Shown here: piece by piece, positions 49,290 through 58,961 of the stretch
Layout of the letters: every line of letters begins with the position of its first letter
Numbering within the stretch: the first letter of the stretch is position 1
Origin: a virus
DNA: 64,000 nucleotides
IMG/VR virus record: IMGVR_UViG_3300032093_000074
Span: 15,214 to 79,213 of that record
Strand: one strand, 5' to 3'
Program-made: the position numbers and the translations under genes
The notes under the pieces: model-generated
Seen by the model: only the letters and a program-made list of their open reading frames with translations
Told to the model about the DNA's origin: nothing
The model's database searches: none

Positions 49290-49754
49290 ATGACAAACAA
49301 CCTCGACGCCAGCCCGCCGAACTACTCGGCCCAACACCTCGAAGAACTAGCCCGAGCCGCGAGGACCGGCGTACAGACACGCGCCGAAAGCAAATACCCG
49401 CACCTTTACCACCTCGTAGACATGGCCGAGCACTTCGCCTGGAGCATCCACGAAGCAGCCCAGGCCATGACAGATCCGGCCCAGGTCCAGGGCATTGACG
49501 TTTATTCTCGCCGCATGGTGAGCCTTCACATCACCCAGGCCCGCGATACTGCGGCAGTCCTGGCCGCCAACCTGGGGAACCTGTCACAGCACTTCGACGA
49601 GCCCGACGCACTCACCCAGTCCACGATTACGGCCGTCATCATCGACGCCGAAAAGGTCCTACTCGCCGCGCGCGAAGCACTCGGAGCCCGCCGGCGTATG
49701 GTCACCTGCCACCAGGCCCGCCGGCACCTCGACGCAAGCCAGGTGAGCAAGTGA
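49290..49754 (+). CDS. hypothetical early protein
   Basis: Motif-associated ATG. Confidence 0.7.
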   Translation: MTNNLDASPPNYSAQHLEELARAARTGVQTRAESKYPHLYHLVDMAEHFAWSIHEAAQAMTDPAQVQGIDVYSRRMVSLHITQARDTAAVLAANLGNLSQHFDEPDALTQSTITAVIIDAEKVLLAAREALGARRRMVTCHQARRHLDASQVSK

Positions 49755-49987
49755 ACCGCGCCCAGGCCCTCCAGGCCCTCGACGTGGCCCGCCTCCACCT
49801 CGACGGAATCGAACTAGACTTAGCAACACTCGTCGACCTAGTGAACCTGTCGGACCTCATGAAGACACCGGCCGCCACCCTCGACGAAGCACACCGCAGC
49901 CGCCTCGAAGCCATCGAGCGGGACCTAGCGGCAGCCCTCGACGCCACCAGGGAGGCCCGCACCAACCTCGACCAGGGCGAGCACTAA
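49751..49987 (+). CDS. hypothetical early protein
   Basis: GTGA coupling. Confidence 0.6.
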   Translation: MNRAQALQALDVARLHLDGIELDLATLVDLVNLSDLMKTPAATLDEAHRSRLEAIERDLAAALDATREARTNLDQGEH

Positions 49988-50591
49988 CCCAACCCGCCAG
50001 GCCCGCACCAGGGCAACACACCACGAAGGCCCCGCACCAGGAGAAACACCAGGCGCGGGGCCTTCCCCATTCCCGCCGCCACCTCGACAAGCGCCACCAG
50101 CGCCACCAGGCCGCCACCACAAAACACGCCAGGCCGGCACCCGCCGAAATAATCGAGCGGCCGCACAGTGTGAGCCACTTGGGCCCAGGTCGACGCCGGC
50201 CCGCTTTGCCCTGGCCTCCCCCGCCCACGCTCGACGCACCCGCCGGCCGCAGGAAGGAGAGGCACCCCACTCGACGGCCAGCCCGTGCCCGCACCCGCCC
50301 GCCGCGCGCCACCCCCCTCCCCATGGGGGGACCCCGTGGGGTACGTTGTATTACATCCTCCCGTACGTTTGGGTTGTAATTTTTTGGCCCTTGACTAGAT
50401 GCCCTGTGATGGTATTGCATCATGTTTGTTTTGCTCTTGAGGTGAGGGGTTGCCCAGGTTGTTTGGGGGTACTTGGGTGTGTTCGTTGCAGGTGTGCCCT
50501 CGATGCTTGTCAGCAAGGCCTTTGGGCCGCGCTAGCCCAACGAGCCGTAGGCGAGGCGGGAGTGTCCACGTCTCGTTCCTGTGACCCAGAT

Positions 50592-50851
50592 TTCTTGCTC
50601 CCCCCACGCTTTGACAGTCAAGCTGTCAGGTGGCCGTGGCATTTTTAGCCGACACCTGTTTGTTTCTTCTTTTACCCCTCGACGTATCTACCTGGGGGTC
50701 GTTCTTTGTCTCGTTACTAGACCTGCCAGGAGGCGTTTGTGCATGGGAGGGCGGTCCCCGTTTCCGGCCATATACACCCTCCTGCTTCCATGCTCTTTAT
50801 CGCAGGGTTCGGGTCGTGGGTGCCCCAGCTGCTTCCCAGCGCGGGGGACTT
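50592..50851 (-). ncRNA. candidate structured ncRNA, copy B (homologue at 4198-4463)
   Basis: Colinear with copy A; minus-strand 5' CCCCCGCGCT can pair with 3' AGCGTGGGGG. Confidence 0.75.
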
Positions 50852-50866
50852 GATCGGTTGGCCGCC

Positions 50867-50895
50867 ACTCTATAGGTGGGGTGTCTGTTTGTCAA
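50867..50895 (-). promoter_or_regulatory. promoter reading into ncRNA copy B
   Basis: TTGACA-17-TAGAGT on minus strand. Confidence 0.7.
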
Positions 50896-50945
50896 CCATA
50901 TTTTTGATTGCACCAATATGACAATGTGATGCTAACATAAAGTGT

Positions 50946-51221
50946 ATGGAAACTGAGAAGGTTGTTCCCCACGGGACATTGTACGGATACGCCGGTTTTG
51001 ACTGCCGATGCCAAGACTGCAAAGACGCGTCACGGGAATATGCACGGAAGTACCGATCAACGGCCTCCGGCCGCCAAGCATCAAGACGGTCAGCTTCCCG
51101 CAACAACTATGTACGCCAAGCTTCCCTCGCCTGGGTGCGGGCCAACCACCCCGAAGTGGTCGACATGTTCGTTGTTGAATGGGAAGAAAAAACTAGACAA
51201 CCCAACACAGATATGCAATAA
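50946..51221 (+). CDS. small Zn-binding protein
   Basis: HGT..GY....CRC..C motif frequent in actinophages. Confidence 0.7.
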   Translation: METEKVVPHGTLYGYAGFDCRCQDCKDASREYARKYRSTASGRQASRRSASRNNYVRQASLAWVRANHPEVVDMFVVEWEEKTRQPNTDMQ

Positions 51222-51279
51222 TGTCAAACATGCACAACGTTACTTATTCACACCACAACATGTTCCACGGGGAACAGTA

Positions 51280-51564
51280 ATGAGCAGACTTCCTTGGCCG
51301 TTTTCCCACGATGAAGGCCCATACCATTACGTTGCCCTCGGCAACGGCGAATACATCCGCGTCGTTTTCGCCGGCGACTACCAGGCATTGGAGGCAAAAC
51401 TCGTGGACTTTGAGGAAATGAGGGCCGCAGTTGAACGGGCCCGCAGCTACGGCGACGAATCCACCATGCGCGACCACATCGACGACCTGCTCCAGGAACG
51501 CAAAAGCCTCTACGAACAGATCCGGCAGCTCGAAGAACAGCTCCAGGCGGTGCGTGGTGAATGA
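51280..51564 (+). CDS. hypothetical coiled-coil protein
   Basis: MSRLPWP... Confidence 0.65.
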   Translation: MSRLPWPFSHDEGPYHYVALGNGEYIRVVFAGDYQALEAKLVDFEEMRAAVERARSYGDESTMRDHIDDLLQERKSLYEQIRQLEEQLQAVRGE

Positions 51565-51805
51565 CGACATTGTGACCCGACTACGGAACGAGTGCCAATG
51601 CTCCGACGATTGCAGGGCAGAAAATGACCCATGTATTTCTATGCGAGCCGCTGATGAGATTGAACGCCTAAGAACGCTGGCAGAAAGACTCTCCGTATCT
51701 GCTAGGCACATTGCATATGAGGAATATCCCGACACCGGTTTTGGCAAAGAGGCTGAAGCCGACTACCAAACATTTTGCGAGCTTTACAAAGGGTGGCGGC
51801 CATGA
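51557..51805 (+). CDS. hypothetical protein
   Basis: DDIVTRLR...AADEIERLR pattern. Confidence 0.65.
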   Translation: MNDDIVTRLRNECQCSDDCRAENDPCISMRAADEIERLRTLAERLSVSARHIAYEEYPDTGFGKEAEADYQTFCELYKGWRP

Positions 51806-52146
51806 GTGACCAGCCGATGTTGTGGGCCGAAGAACGATCCCGCTACTACAAAGCCCCCGAAAAGATGACCCGATGGTCCGACCCCGCGACCAGTTACGAA
51901 GCCGCCGCGTCCGTTGACCTCACCAAAGGCCAAAAAATCGTGATGCTTGCGTTCCGCAGCAAACGATCCATGACCGACGACGAGCTCATCGCCCAAGTCG
52001 CCCGCCTAGGGCTCAAACTGTCACCCTCCGGGTGCCGAAGCCGCCGCAAAGAACTGGTCGAAATGGGCCTGATCCGCGATTCCGGCGTCAAAGAACAAAC
52101 AGCAAGCCACAGATCCACAATAGTTTGGGAGATTGTCCAGCAATGA
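51802..52146 (+). CDS. winged-helix DNA-binding protein
   Basis: DPATSYEAA...TDDEL...SRRKELVEMGLIRDSG...VW. Confidence 0.75.
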   Translation: MSDQPMLWAEERSRYYKAPEKMTRWSDPATSYEAAASVDLTKGQKIVMLAFRSKRSMTDDELIAQVARLGLKLSPSGCRSRRKELVEMGLIRDSGVKEQTASHRSTIVWEIVQQ

Positions 52147-52532
52147 ACACCATTCACATCAACGGAAACCTCGGGAAAGACCCCGAACTGAAGTACAACA
52201 GCGCCGGAAACGCCATCTGCAAGCTGTCCGTAGCATCCCGATACAAGCCAAAAAGCGGAGAAGAAGAAACAACCTGGTTTACCGTCATCGCGTTCGGTGA
52301 TCTCGCCGAACATGTCGCCGAAAGCCTCAGCTCAGGCCTCCGAGTGTCCGTTTCGGGCCGGTTCCGTAAGCAAAAATGGGAGAAAAAAGATGGCACAATG
52401 GGGTACAGCGACGAAGTTATTGCCCAAGACATCTCCGTCGATCTCCGTTTCCAGACCGTTGAGGTACAAAAAGGCGGTCGCCCAGCACCAAAGCAGGCCC
52501 AAGCAGCATATGTCGACGAGGAACCCTTCTGA
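52143..52532 (+). CDS. ssb: single-stranded DNA-binding protein
   Basis: GNLGKDPELKY...TTWF..IAFGDLAE; acidic tail DEEPF. Confidence 0.95.
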   Translation: MNTIHINGNLGKDPELKYNSAGNAICKLSVASRYKPKSGEEETTWFTVIAFGDLAEHVAESLSSGLRVSVSGRFRKQKWEKKDGTMGYSDEVIAQDISVDLRFQTVEVQKGGRPAPKQAQAAYVDEEPF

Positions 52533-53265
52533 ACGCTCCGGCTGGTGGGCTGACGCCTCCTGCCGGGGCCTTGACGGGAACATTTGGTTCCCCGAAAAGC
52601 CGCAAGGCCGCGACTATTTTGCTCTTGCTCGCAAGTATTGCAACCTTTGCAAGGTTCGGGAAGCCTGCCTTGCAGAAGCTTTGGAGCTGGACGCCGACCA
52701 CGACCGATTTGGTATGTGGGGCGGCCATACTCCTAAGGAAAGGCAGCGGATACGCGAAACAGGCCGCCCAGATAGGGCTGTCAAAGTCACGATCAGCGTA
52801 CGCCGTGAGATCCTCACACCCGTCACTCGGAAAAAAGTGGCCAAGCAACCTCAGTTTCCACTAAGCACCGAGGCCCGCGACCCGCAAGACGTGATCCGCG
52901 TCTACGAACAACACAATCAGCCTGATCTAGGCGAAATCGCTCTCAAAAGAAAGCCAACCCTTATGGAAACCACCAAAATCCCGAAACAGACCCAGCTTCT
53001 CATGAATGTCACCCCCACATTGGGGGCGTCGCAGGTCACCGCACAGGCTGCCGCAGCGATGATAATGGCAGGATGGGAAGATCCGATGGATGCGCGTACA
53101 GCCGCAGCTCTTTTCATGGGGGCTTCCTATGTTGCAGAGTTGGCTCGCCAAGGCGTCGAGAGAGGCGCAATCACCCCCGCCGAAAACGCAGCGGTCCAGG
53201 GGGTTGCTGAGCTAGCTATGCGTGTCTGGAAGCACCACGCCACTAACGCAAACCCCAACACATAG
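52510..53265 (+). CDS. whiB: WhiB-family regulator with long C-terminal extension
   Basis: WWADASC...CNLCKVREAC...GMWGGHTPKER plus ~165 extra aa. Confidence 0.85.
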   Translation: MSTRNPSERSGWWADASCRGLDGNIWFPEKPQGRDYFALARKYCNLCKVREACLAEALELDADHDRFGMWGGHTPKERQRIRETGRPDRAVKVTISVRREILTPVTRKKVAKQPQFPLSTEARDPQDVIRVYEQHNQPDLGEIALKRKPTLMETTKIPKQTQLLMNVTPTLGASQVTAQAAAAMIMAGWEDPMDARTAAALFMGASYVAELARQGVERGAITPAENAAVQGVAELAMRVWKHHATNANPNT

Positions 53266-53293
53266 GGTACTATCACAGTAACACGGAGGTGTT

Positions 53294-53782
53294 ATGAGCG
53301 ATCACGAACAAGGCAGCGACTACCCGATTCCAGTCAACGAAATGGTTGCGTCGTACGAGTTCACGAAGGATGACAAGCCCAAAACCCGCAAAAAGGGCCG
53401 CCAAGAAGGCAAAGACCTGACTGTTGTGGACTCTAGCGAATATCGAGTACGGCAAGACCAGATCGCCAAACTTGGCCTGTCCAAGGTCATCAAAGGCATC
53501 GAACGCGACCAGCTGCCCGAGATCGCCCTGTCAATCATCGCAGATCACGGTTTGCGGGTCCTCGGCGGCGAATGGGAAGTCCGTACCGCTGAAGAAGCCA
53601 CCAAAATCGGCAAAGTCTGGCATGACATCTTCCGACTAGAAATGGGCGAACCGACCAGCATTTCGTCAAGCCAGGACTCGGAAAGCCCCGAGCAGCGCAA
53701 AACCCGCTTTGAGGAACTGAAACTCGAAGCGAAACGCCGTACCGAAGGCAACTTGCGGGCCATCGCCGGCGACGCCGGATGA
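53294..53782 (+). CDS. putative terminase small subunit (B)
   Basis: GGAGGT RBS; coupled directly to TerL. Confidence 0.6.
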   Translation: MSDHEQGSDYPIPVNEMVASYEFTKDDKPKTRKKGRQEGKDLTVVDSSEYRVRQDQIAKLGLSKVIKGIERDQLPEIALSIIADHGLRVLGGEWEVRTAEEATKIGKVWHDIFRLEMGEPTSISSSQDSESPEQRKTRFEELKLEAKRRTEGNLRAIAGDAG

Positions 53783-55380
53783 GCCAAGCAGTAGAGAAAA
53801 GCTTTCTCCTTACCGACAAGGAGTTCGCTTCACTGTCGGCAAGTGAACAGGCCGAATACCTTGAGCTCCTTGAAGAAGACCTCACTGCCTGGTCGTTGGC
53901 CGGCAACGAACGCCAATCCCGCGCCAACATCCTGCTCGGCAAAGTGGACTGGCTCCTGTACGGCGGTGCTGCTGGTGGAGGCAAATCTGAGCTGATTACC
54001 TACCACGCCCACGAACTGTCCATGAAATACCCGGGGCATCGCAGCCTTCTGATCCGAACGTCGCTCCCCGAGCTGCGCCGATCCCTGATTATCCGCACCC
54101 AGGTGCGGTACGCCCAGCTGAAAGCCAAAGCCCAGCTCCGGTCGATTGACAACATGAAGGCCTGGTGGTACGAAAACGGCTCGATCATCGAGTACGGCTA
54201 CTGCTCCCGCGACGAAGATGTCAGCCAGTTCATGTCAGCCGAATATGACTTTATTGCTTTTGACGAAGCGACCCAATTCTCGGCCTACCAAATGCTCATG
54301 ATCTCGGGCCGTCTGCGTACCAGCCGGAAACAGGCCGCCGCAGGAGTCCGAACCCACGTCATGTTCGCCACCAACCCAGGCGACAAAGGCCACCAGTTCC
54401 TCTACCAGATGCTTGTTACACCCACCCACTATGGTAAGAACGCGATTGTCTACGATGTCAGCAATGGCTTTGAAACCCCGGATATTGTCAGCGTTGTACC
54501 GCTGCCTGACGATCTTGACGAGCTGGCCGCCGTCGAAATCCCCCACGACCCCGACAACCACCTTGTCGTCGCGTTCGTGCCGTCAACCGTCATTGACAAC
54601 CCATTTATCGACCCGACGTACCGGAAACACCTTTCCATGCTGCCGGAGATCGAACGCCGGCAAAAGCTTCTAGGCGACTGGGATACGTTCACCGGCCAGT
54701 ATTTCAACGAGTTTGACCGTGGTATTCACGTCATAGAACCGTTCGCTATCCCCGCGACATGGCAACGCTACAGGGCAATCGACTTCGGTACAGCCAACCC
54801 GTTTTGCTGCCTGTGGGGTGCTTTAGACCCCTCAGACGGCACAATGTACATTTATCGCGAGGCCTACCAAAAGAACCTCACGACGGCCGAACAGGCCCGC
54901 CTAGTGAAGTCAATGAGCGTTGACGAGCACGGCAAAGGCGAAAGTATCTCCGTCACAGTCATTGACCCGTCCACGTTCTCCAACGTCGCCGGTTTGGGCA
55001 CCACGGTCGCAGCCCAATACAACACCCAAGGTGTCACCGTCACCCGCGCCAAAAACACCCGCATCGGCGGCTGGCAGAACGTCCGGCGCTACATGATGGC
55101 TCACCCCGTCGACGGTGTTGTCCGGCTCAAGATTTTCAACAACTGCCAGAACCTGATCCGCACCATGCCCCTTATGCGGCACGATCAAAGAAACCCTGAG
55201 GATTTGGACAGCCGCGACGAAGACCACGCCGTGGACGCGCTACGCTACTTGTTAGGGTGTAGACCATACGAACTCTCTAAACGCGACAAGAAACAGTACG
55301 CACCAGGCGCTGAAGGCCGCGTCCAAAAGTTCATGGAAAAGCTCGACAAGCAATCAAAACGAAAAAATATATGGAGGTAA
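53779..55380 (+). CDS. terminase large subunit (B)
   Basis: YGGAAGGGKS, FDEATQF, ATNPG, AIDFG, DHAVDALRY. Confidence 0.95.
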   Translation: MSQAVEKSFLLTDKEFASLSASEQAEYLELLEEDLTAWSLAGNERQSRANILLGKVDWLLYGGAAGGGKSELITYHAHELSMKYPGHRSLLIRTSLPELRRSLIIRTQVRYAQLKAKAQLRSIDNMKAWWYENGSIIEYGYCSRDEDVSQFMSAEYDFIAFDEATQFSAYQMLMISGRLRTSRKQAAAGVRTHVMFATNPGDKGHQFLYQMLVTPTHYGKNAIVYDVSNGFETPDIVSVVPLPDDLDELAAVEIPHDPDNHLVVAFVPSTVIDNPFIDPTYRKHLSMLPEIERRQKLLGDWDTFTGQYFNEFDRGIHVIEPFAIPATWQRYRAIDFGTANPFCCLWGALDPSDGTMYIYREAYQKNLTTAEQARLVKSMSVDEHGKGESISVTVIDPSTFSNVAGLGTTVAAQYNTQGVTVTRAKNTRIGGWQNVRRYMMAHPVDGVVRLKIFNNCQNLIRTMPLMRHDQRNPEDLDSRDEDHAVDALRYLLGCRPYELSKRDKKQYAPGAEGRVQKFMEKLDKQSKRKNIWR

Positions 55381-55381
55381 C

Positions 55382-55804
55382 ATGCTTGTAGTATCGCATT
55401 ACAACTATCTGCCTGGGGCTTGCGCCCTGTGCCGATCCAGCAACCTGCCAGCAGTAGACACCTACGTTGACTTGGACTGGCCGAACAGCGCCGACAACCC
55501 CAACCCGTCAGCGAACCACCGGCTCTACATCTGCGCCGACTGCTGCATCCACCTCGCCGACATGGTCAAAGAATCCCGAGGCATGGAAATCAAACCGGCA
55601 CAGCATTACACCCTTCTGCAAAGCTTGAATCAAGAGCTCGCCAACACCAACGCGGCCATCGCCCAGCGAGTCCATGAGCTAGAGAAAGCTTTGACGGTCG
55701 TCCAGTCGGTCAACACCACCCCGATCATCGTGGAAGAAAGCCCCGTCGTAGACATGACCGGCTTTGAAGTTGTGCCACCACCCAAGCCGAAAGGTAAGAA
55801 GTGA
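55382..55804 (+). CDS. hypothetical Zn-finger/coiled-coil protein
   Basis: CALC...CADC; GGAGGT RBS. Confidence 0.7.
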   Translation: MLVVSHYNYLPGACALCRSSNLPAVDTYVDLDWPNSADNPNPSANHRLYICADCCIHLADMVKESRGMEIKPAQHYTLLQSLNQELANTNAAIAQRVHELEKALTVVQSVNTTPIIVEESPVVDMTGFEVVPPPKPKGKK

Positions 55805-56016
55805 TCTGGCTCGCCCTCATCGCCGTCGCCAACGTCGCCCTGTCAGCGTACCTGGTGTACGAAAACAGGAAACTGACCTACGCGGCCATCGCCCGCCACG
55901 CCGGCGACATCGCAGTCATTGAGCGCGGCCAAAAGGCAAGCAAAAAGGCTCCTGAAACGGAGAAAGAAAAGACGTACCATACATGGCGCAACCCAAATGA
56001 AGGAGTAGGCCCGTGA
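55801..56016 (+). CDS. small membrane protein
   Basis: N-terminal TM; coupled. Confidence 0.6.
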   Translation: MIWLALIAVANVALSAYLVYENRKLTYAAIARHAGDIAVIERGQKASKKAPETEKEKTYHTWRNPNEGVGP

Positions 56017-58025
56017 CCTGGATGCCGCCCGAGCCAGCAAAAATCTTAAACATGTGGCTAGACGCAGATTCGTATCTCGTCAAAGAACGCCGCGACTACT
56101 GGCTGAACGGCTCCTACTACCTCGGCCAGCAATGGATTTGGTGGGATGCGTCCCGCAACATCATGCAGGATTTGGATTACCGCACCGAAGCAGAAAAGGA
56201 CAGCCGGATCACCGTAGACAAATACGGTCCCCGCGTCTCGTCGCTGCTCGCCCGCCTGATCCGTGGCGAACTGAGCTTTGAAGTCCAACCCCAAGGCACC
56301 GACGACGCCTCGATGCGCCGCCAGCGTTTGCAGGAGCAGCTGCTCATCGCCGAACAACACGAACGCGACTGGGAACTAACCCGCGAAATGGCAGTCCTCC
56401 AGACACTTTTTGGTGGCGCTACCGGCGTCGCAGTTGAATGGGACCCCGAGCTGGGCGACGACTTCTACACCGACATGCAGACCGGCGTCAACATCCCGAC
56501 CGGTGGAGTGCGCCTCACCCCGCTCGGCATCAACGAGTTCACCCTAGAACCAGGCACCCAAGACCCCGCCGATTCCCGTTGGTGGATCAAAGCGACAAGC
56601 CTGCCACCGGATCAGGTGAAAGAACGCTACAACCTTGACTGGACCCCAACCCCCGACGCTGACGCGGTGCTCACCAGCCGCGCCCGCTCGATCCTTATGC
56701 GCCGCCCAGGCAACCAGCCTCCGCGCACCACAATGGTCTACGTCTACTGCGAACGCCCAACCGCGACCACCCCTGGCTGCATTGTCCACGTTGTCAACAA
56801 CAAAGTGGTGCTCCAAAACGATGCGTGGCCATACCCGTTCCCGCATCTGAACCTTGTGCTGTTCCGGCAGAAGAAGATCCCGAACACTTGGGTCGGCCAC
56901 ACGTTGTGCACCCCAGCCCGCGACATCCAGTACGCATACAACCGTGCCCGTTCAACGATCATGGAACACATGCGGAAAGCTGCCAATGCCCGACTCATGA
57001 TCCCGTCAGGCTCGGTAGACGACGCCGACATCATCACCGTCGACCCCGGCGACACGCTGGAATACAACGCTGAGCTCGGCGAACCGCACTGGCAGACCGC
57101 CCCGGACGTCCCGCGTTGGATCTCCAACGAGGCCGCCGCGTTGGAAATGGAGCTTGACGACATCTTCCACACCCACTCCGTTAGCCGTGGTCAGGCCCCT
57201 GGCGACCGCAACTCGGGCCTCGCCCTGTCGTTGCTGGCCGAAAAGGACGACACCCCGCTCGGGCCGATGGCCCGTGACCAGGCAAAAGGTTGGGGAATGA
57301 TTGGAACCATGACACTTATGCTGTATCGTATGAACGCGGATGTCACTGGCATCCAGCGCAAATCTACGATCATCAACGAGTACGGGCAGCCGCTCGACAT
57401 CTCATGGGGAGCAGAGGACATTGATGAAAAACCGAAAGTTGTGGTACCACTGGACGCCACAAGCCCTCGCAGCAAACTGGCAACACAGTCGATTCTCACA
57501 TCGCTTGCAGACCGTTTCCCGCAGGCTTTCCAGAACATTGACCCGCTTGCTATGGCAAAGATGCTCGACCTCCCAGATCCCAAGGGCTACCTCGCTCAGG
57601 TTGACCCTGACGCTTCTAAAGCTCAATGGGAAAATGGCCTTCTTATGCAGGCTGTCCCAGTGGTCCCCGAGGATTTTGACGTACATGATGTCCACATCAA
57701 TATCCACAACCGCGAACGGAAATCCCCAGCCTACGAACTTGCTGACCCTGCCGTCAAGGAAATTATTGATCTACATATTCAAGCCCACCAACGAATGTTG
57801 ATGGGAGACACGCAGGCCGCGCTTGACGCACAGGCCGCAATGATGTCCGGCCAGCAGCCCACTGCTAGCCAGGCAATGACCCTGGCTGGTGGGCTGTCGG
57901 GGCAGGCTGCTGAGCAGCTTGTTGGCTCCCAGCCAGGGTTCTCTAGCGCAGTACCACAACAGCAAACTGCCCCCACGCCGGAAGCGGGCGGGCAGGAATC
58001 ATTACCCATAGGAGGAATGGAATGA
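56013..58025 (+). CDS. portal protein, P22-like (B)
   Basis: 670 aa after TerL; YYLGQQW, RDIQYAYN, DVHDVHINIH. Confidence 0.85.
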   Translation: MTWMPPEPAKILNMWLDADSYLVKERRDYWLNGSYYLGQQWIWWDASRNIMQDLDYRTEAEKDSRITVDKYGPRVSSLLARLIRGELSFEVQPQGTDDASMRRQRLQEQLLIAEQHERDWELTREMAVLQTLFGGATGVAVEWDPELGDDFYTDMQTGVNIPTGGVRLTPLGINEFTLEPGTQDPADSRWWIKATSLPPDQVKERYNLDWTPTPDADAVLTSRARSILMRRPGNQPPRTTMVYVYCERPTATTPGCIVHVVNNKVVLQNDAWPYPFPHLNLVLFRQKKIPNTWVGHTLCTPARDIQYAYNRARSTIMEHMRKAANARLMIPSGSVDDADIITVDPGDTLEYNAELGEPHWQTAPDVPRWISNEAAALEMELDDIFHTHSVSRGQAPGDRNSGLALSLLAEKDDTPLGPMARDQAKGWGMIGTMTLMLYRMNADVTGIQRKSTIINEYGQPLDISWGAEDIDEKPKVVVPLDATSPRSKLATQSILTSLADRFPQAFQNIDPLAMAKMLDLPDPKGYLAQVDPDASKAQWENGLLMQAVPVVPEDFDVHDVHINIHNRERKSPAYELADPAVKEIIDLHIQAHQRMLMGDTQAALDAQAAMMSGQQPTASQAMTLAGGLSGQAAEQLVGSQPGFSSAVPQQQTAPTPEAGGQESLPIGGME

Positions 58026-58774
58026 GCGACGCACCCGATTTTGGGGCCGGAGAAGGCCTTGATTTTTCAGCGGAAATAGCAGAAACAGCACCGGAAACCG
58101 GCGAAAGTTCAGAACAGGTCAACTGGGAAGAACGGTACCGTTCCGAAGTGCAGGACCGTATCCGCGAACGGGAGCGTTACAAGCCGATCCGACAGGTATT
58201 TGACCGTATGCACCCCGACGACGCGAACGCCGTACAGCAGTTCGCCTCAGCATGGGCCGCCGGCGATCAGGAAGCCGCGATCCAATGGATGGTCGATAAC
58301 GCCCGCACCCTCGCCGGCGACAACTTCAACCGCTACATCAGCCCACAGCAGCAGGCTGCCCAAAACGCTGTCGCCAGCAACGCTGTAGCGCAAGGCCAAG
58401 CTGCCGGCATGACCCCCGAGCAGATCCAAGGCCTCGTCCAGCAGCAGATCGCCCAATACCAGGAGCAGCAGGACATCGCCCGTTATCAAGGCGAGATCGA
58501 GCAGACGATCCGTGGCCTCGGACTTGAACCCGAAACCCCGCTCGCCCACGCTTTGATCCTGAACGCAACCAAGCGTGACGATCTGGACATCACCGCCGCA
58601 TGGCAGGAAATGGAAGGCGAAATCCTCCGCGAAGCACAAGCCATCGTGGAACGTCGCCGAGGCGCAGCAGCGTCCATGCCGACCGCGTCGCCCAACGGCA
58701 TGTCGTCAGTAGTGACACCTGGATCAAGCCCCCGCGACCGCGCAATGGCCCGCCTCCAACAGCAAGGCCTCTGA
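58022..58774 (+). CDS. scaffolding protein (B)
   Basis: Acidic, Q-rich helical protein between portal and capsid. Confidence 0.75.
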   Translation: MSDAPDFGAGEGLDFSAEIAETAPETGESSEQVNWEERYRSEVQDRIRERERYKPIRQVFDRMHPDDANAVQQFASAWAAGDQEAAIQWMVDNARTLAGDNFNRYISPQQQAAQNAVASNAVAQGQAAGMTPEQIQGLVQQQIAQYQEQQDIARYQGEIEQTIRGLGLEPETPLAHALILNATKRDDLDITAAWQEMEGEILREAQAIVERRRGAAASMPTASPNGMSSVVTPGSSPRDRAMARLQQQGL

Positions 58775-58780
58775 CACTCA

Positions 58781-58808
58781 TTGACAGGTGGTTATCAACC
58801 ACTACACT
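58781..58808 (+). promoter_or_regulatory. capsid promoter with palindromic spacer (B)
   Basis: TTGACA-16-TACACT; GTGGTT-ATC-AACCAC in spacer. Confidence 0.65.
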
Positions 58809-58961
58809 GAGAGTTGCAGACCGGATGGGCTGCGCCACATAATCGCTAGTTTTGCCCTCGGGGACCCGAGATATGTTGCCTAGGCGGGAAGCCAAAGCAG
58901 CAGCAGAATGATTGCGGAAACCTTATTCCCATCACTCTTTTCTCAAGAAAGGTAACCAACC

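Noticed and set aside
45732-49292. CRISPR array
   Set aside because: Repeats are 10-14 nt and separated by whole genes; no cas genes
49857-50921. Track ORFs across the B non-coding region
   Set aside because: No RBS or motifs; overlap hairpins and the conserved RNA
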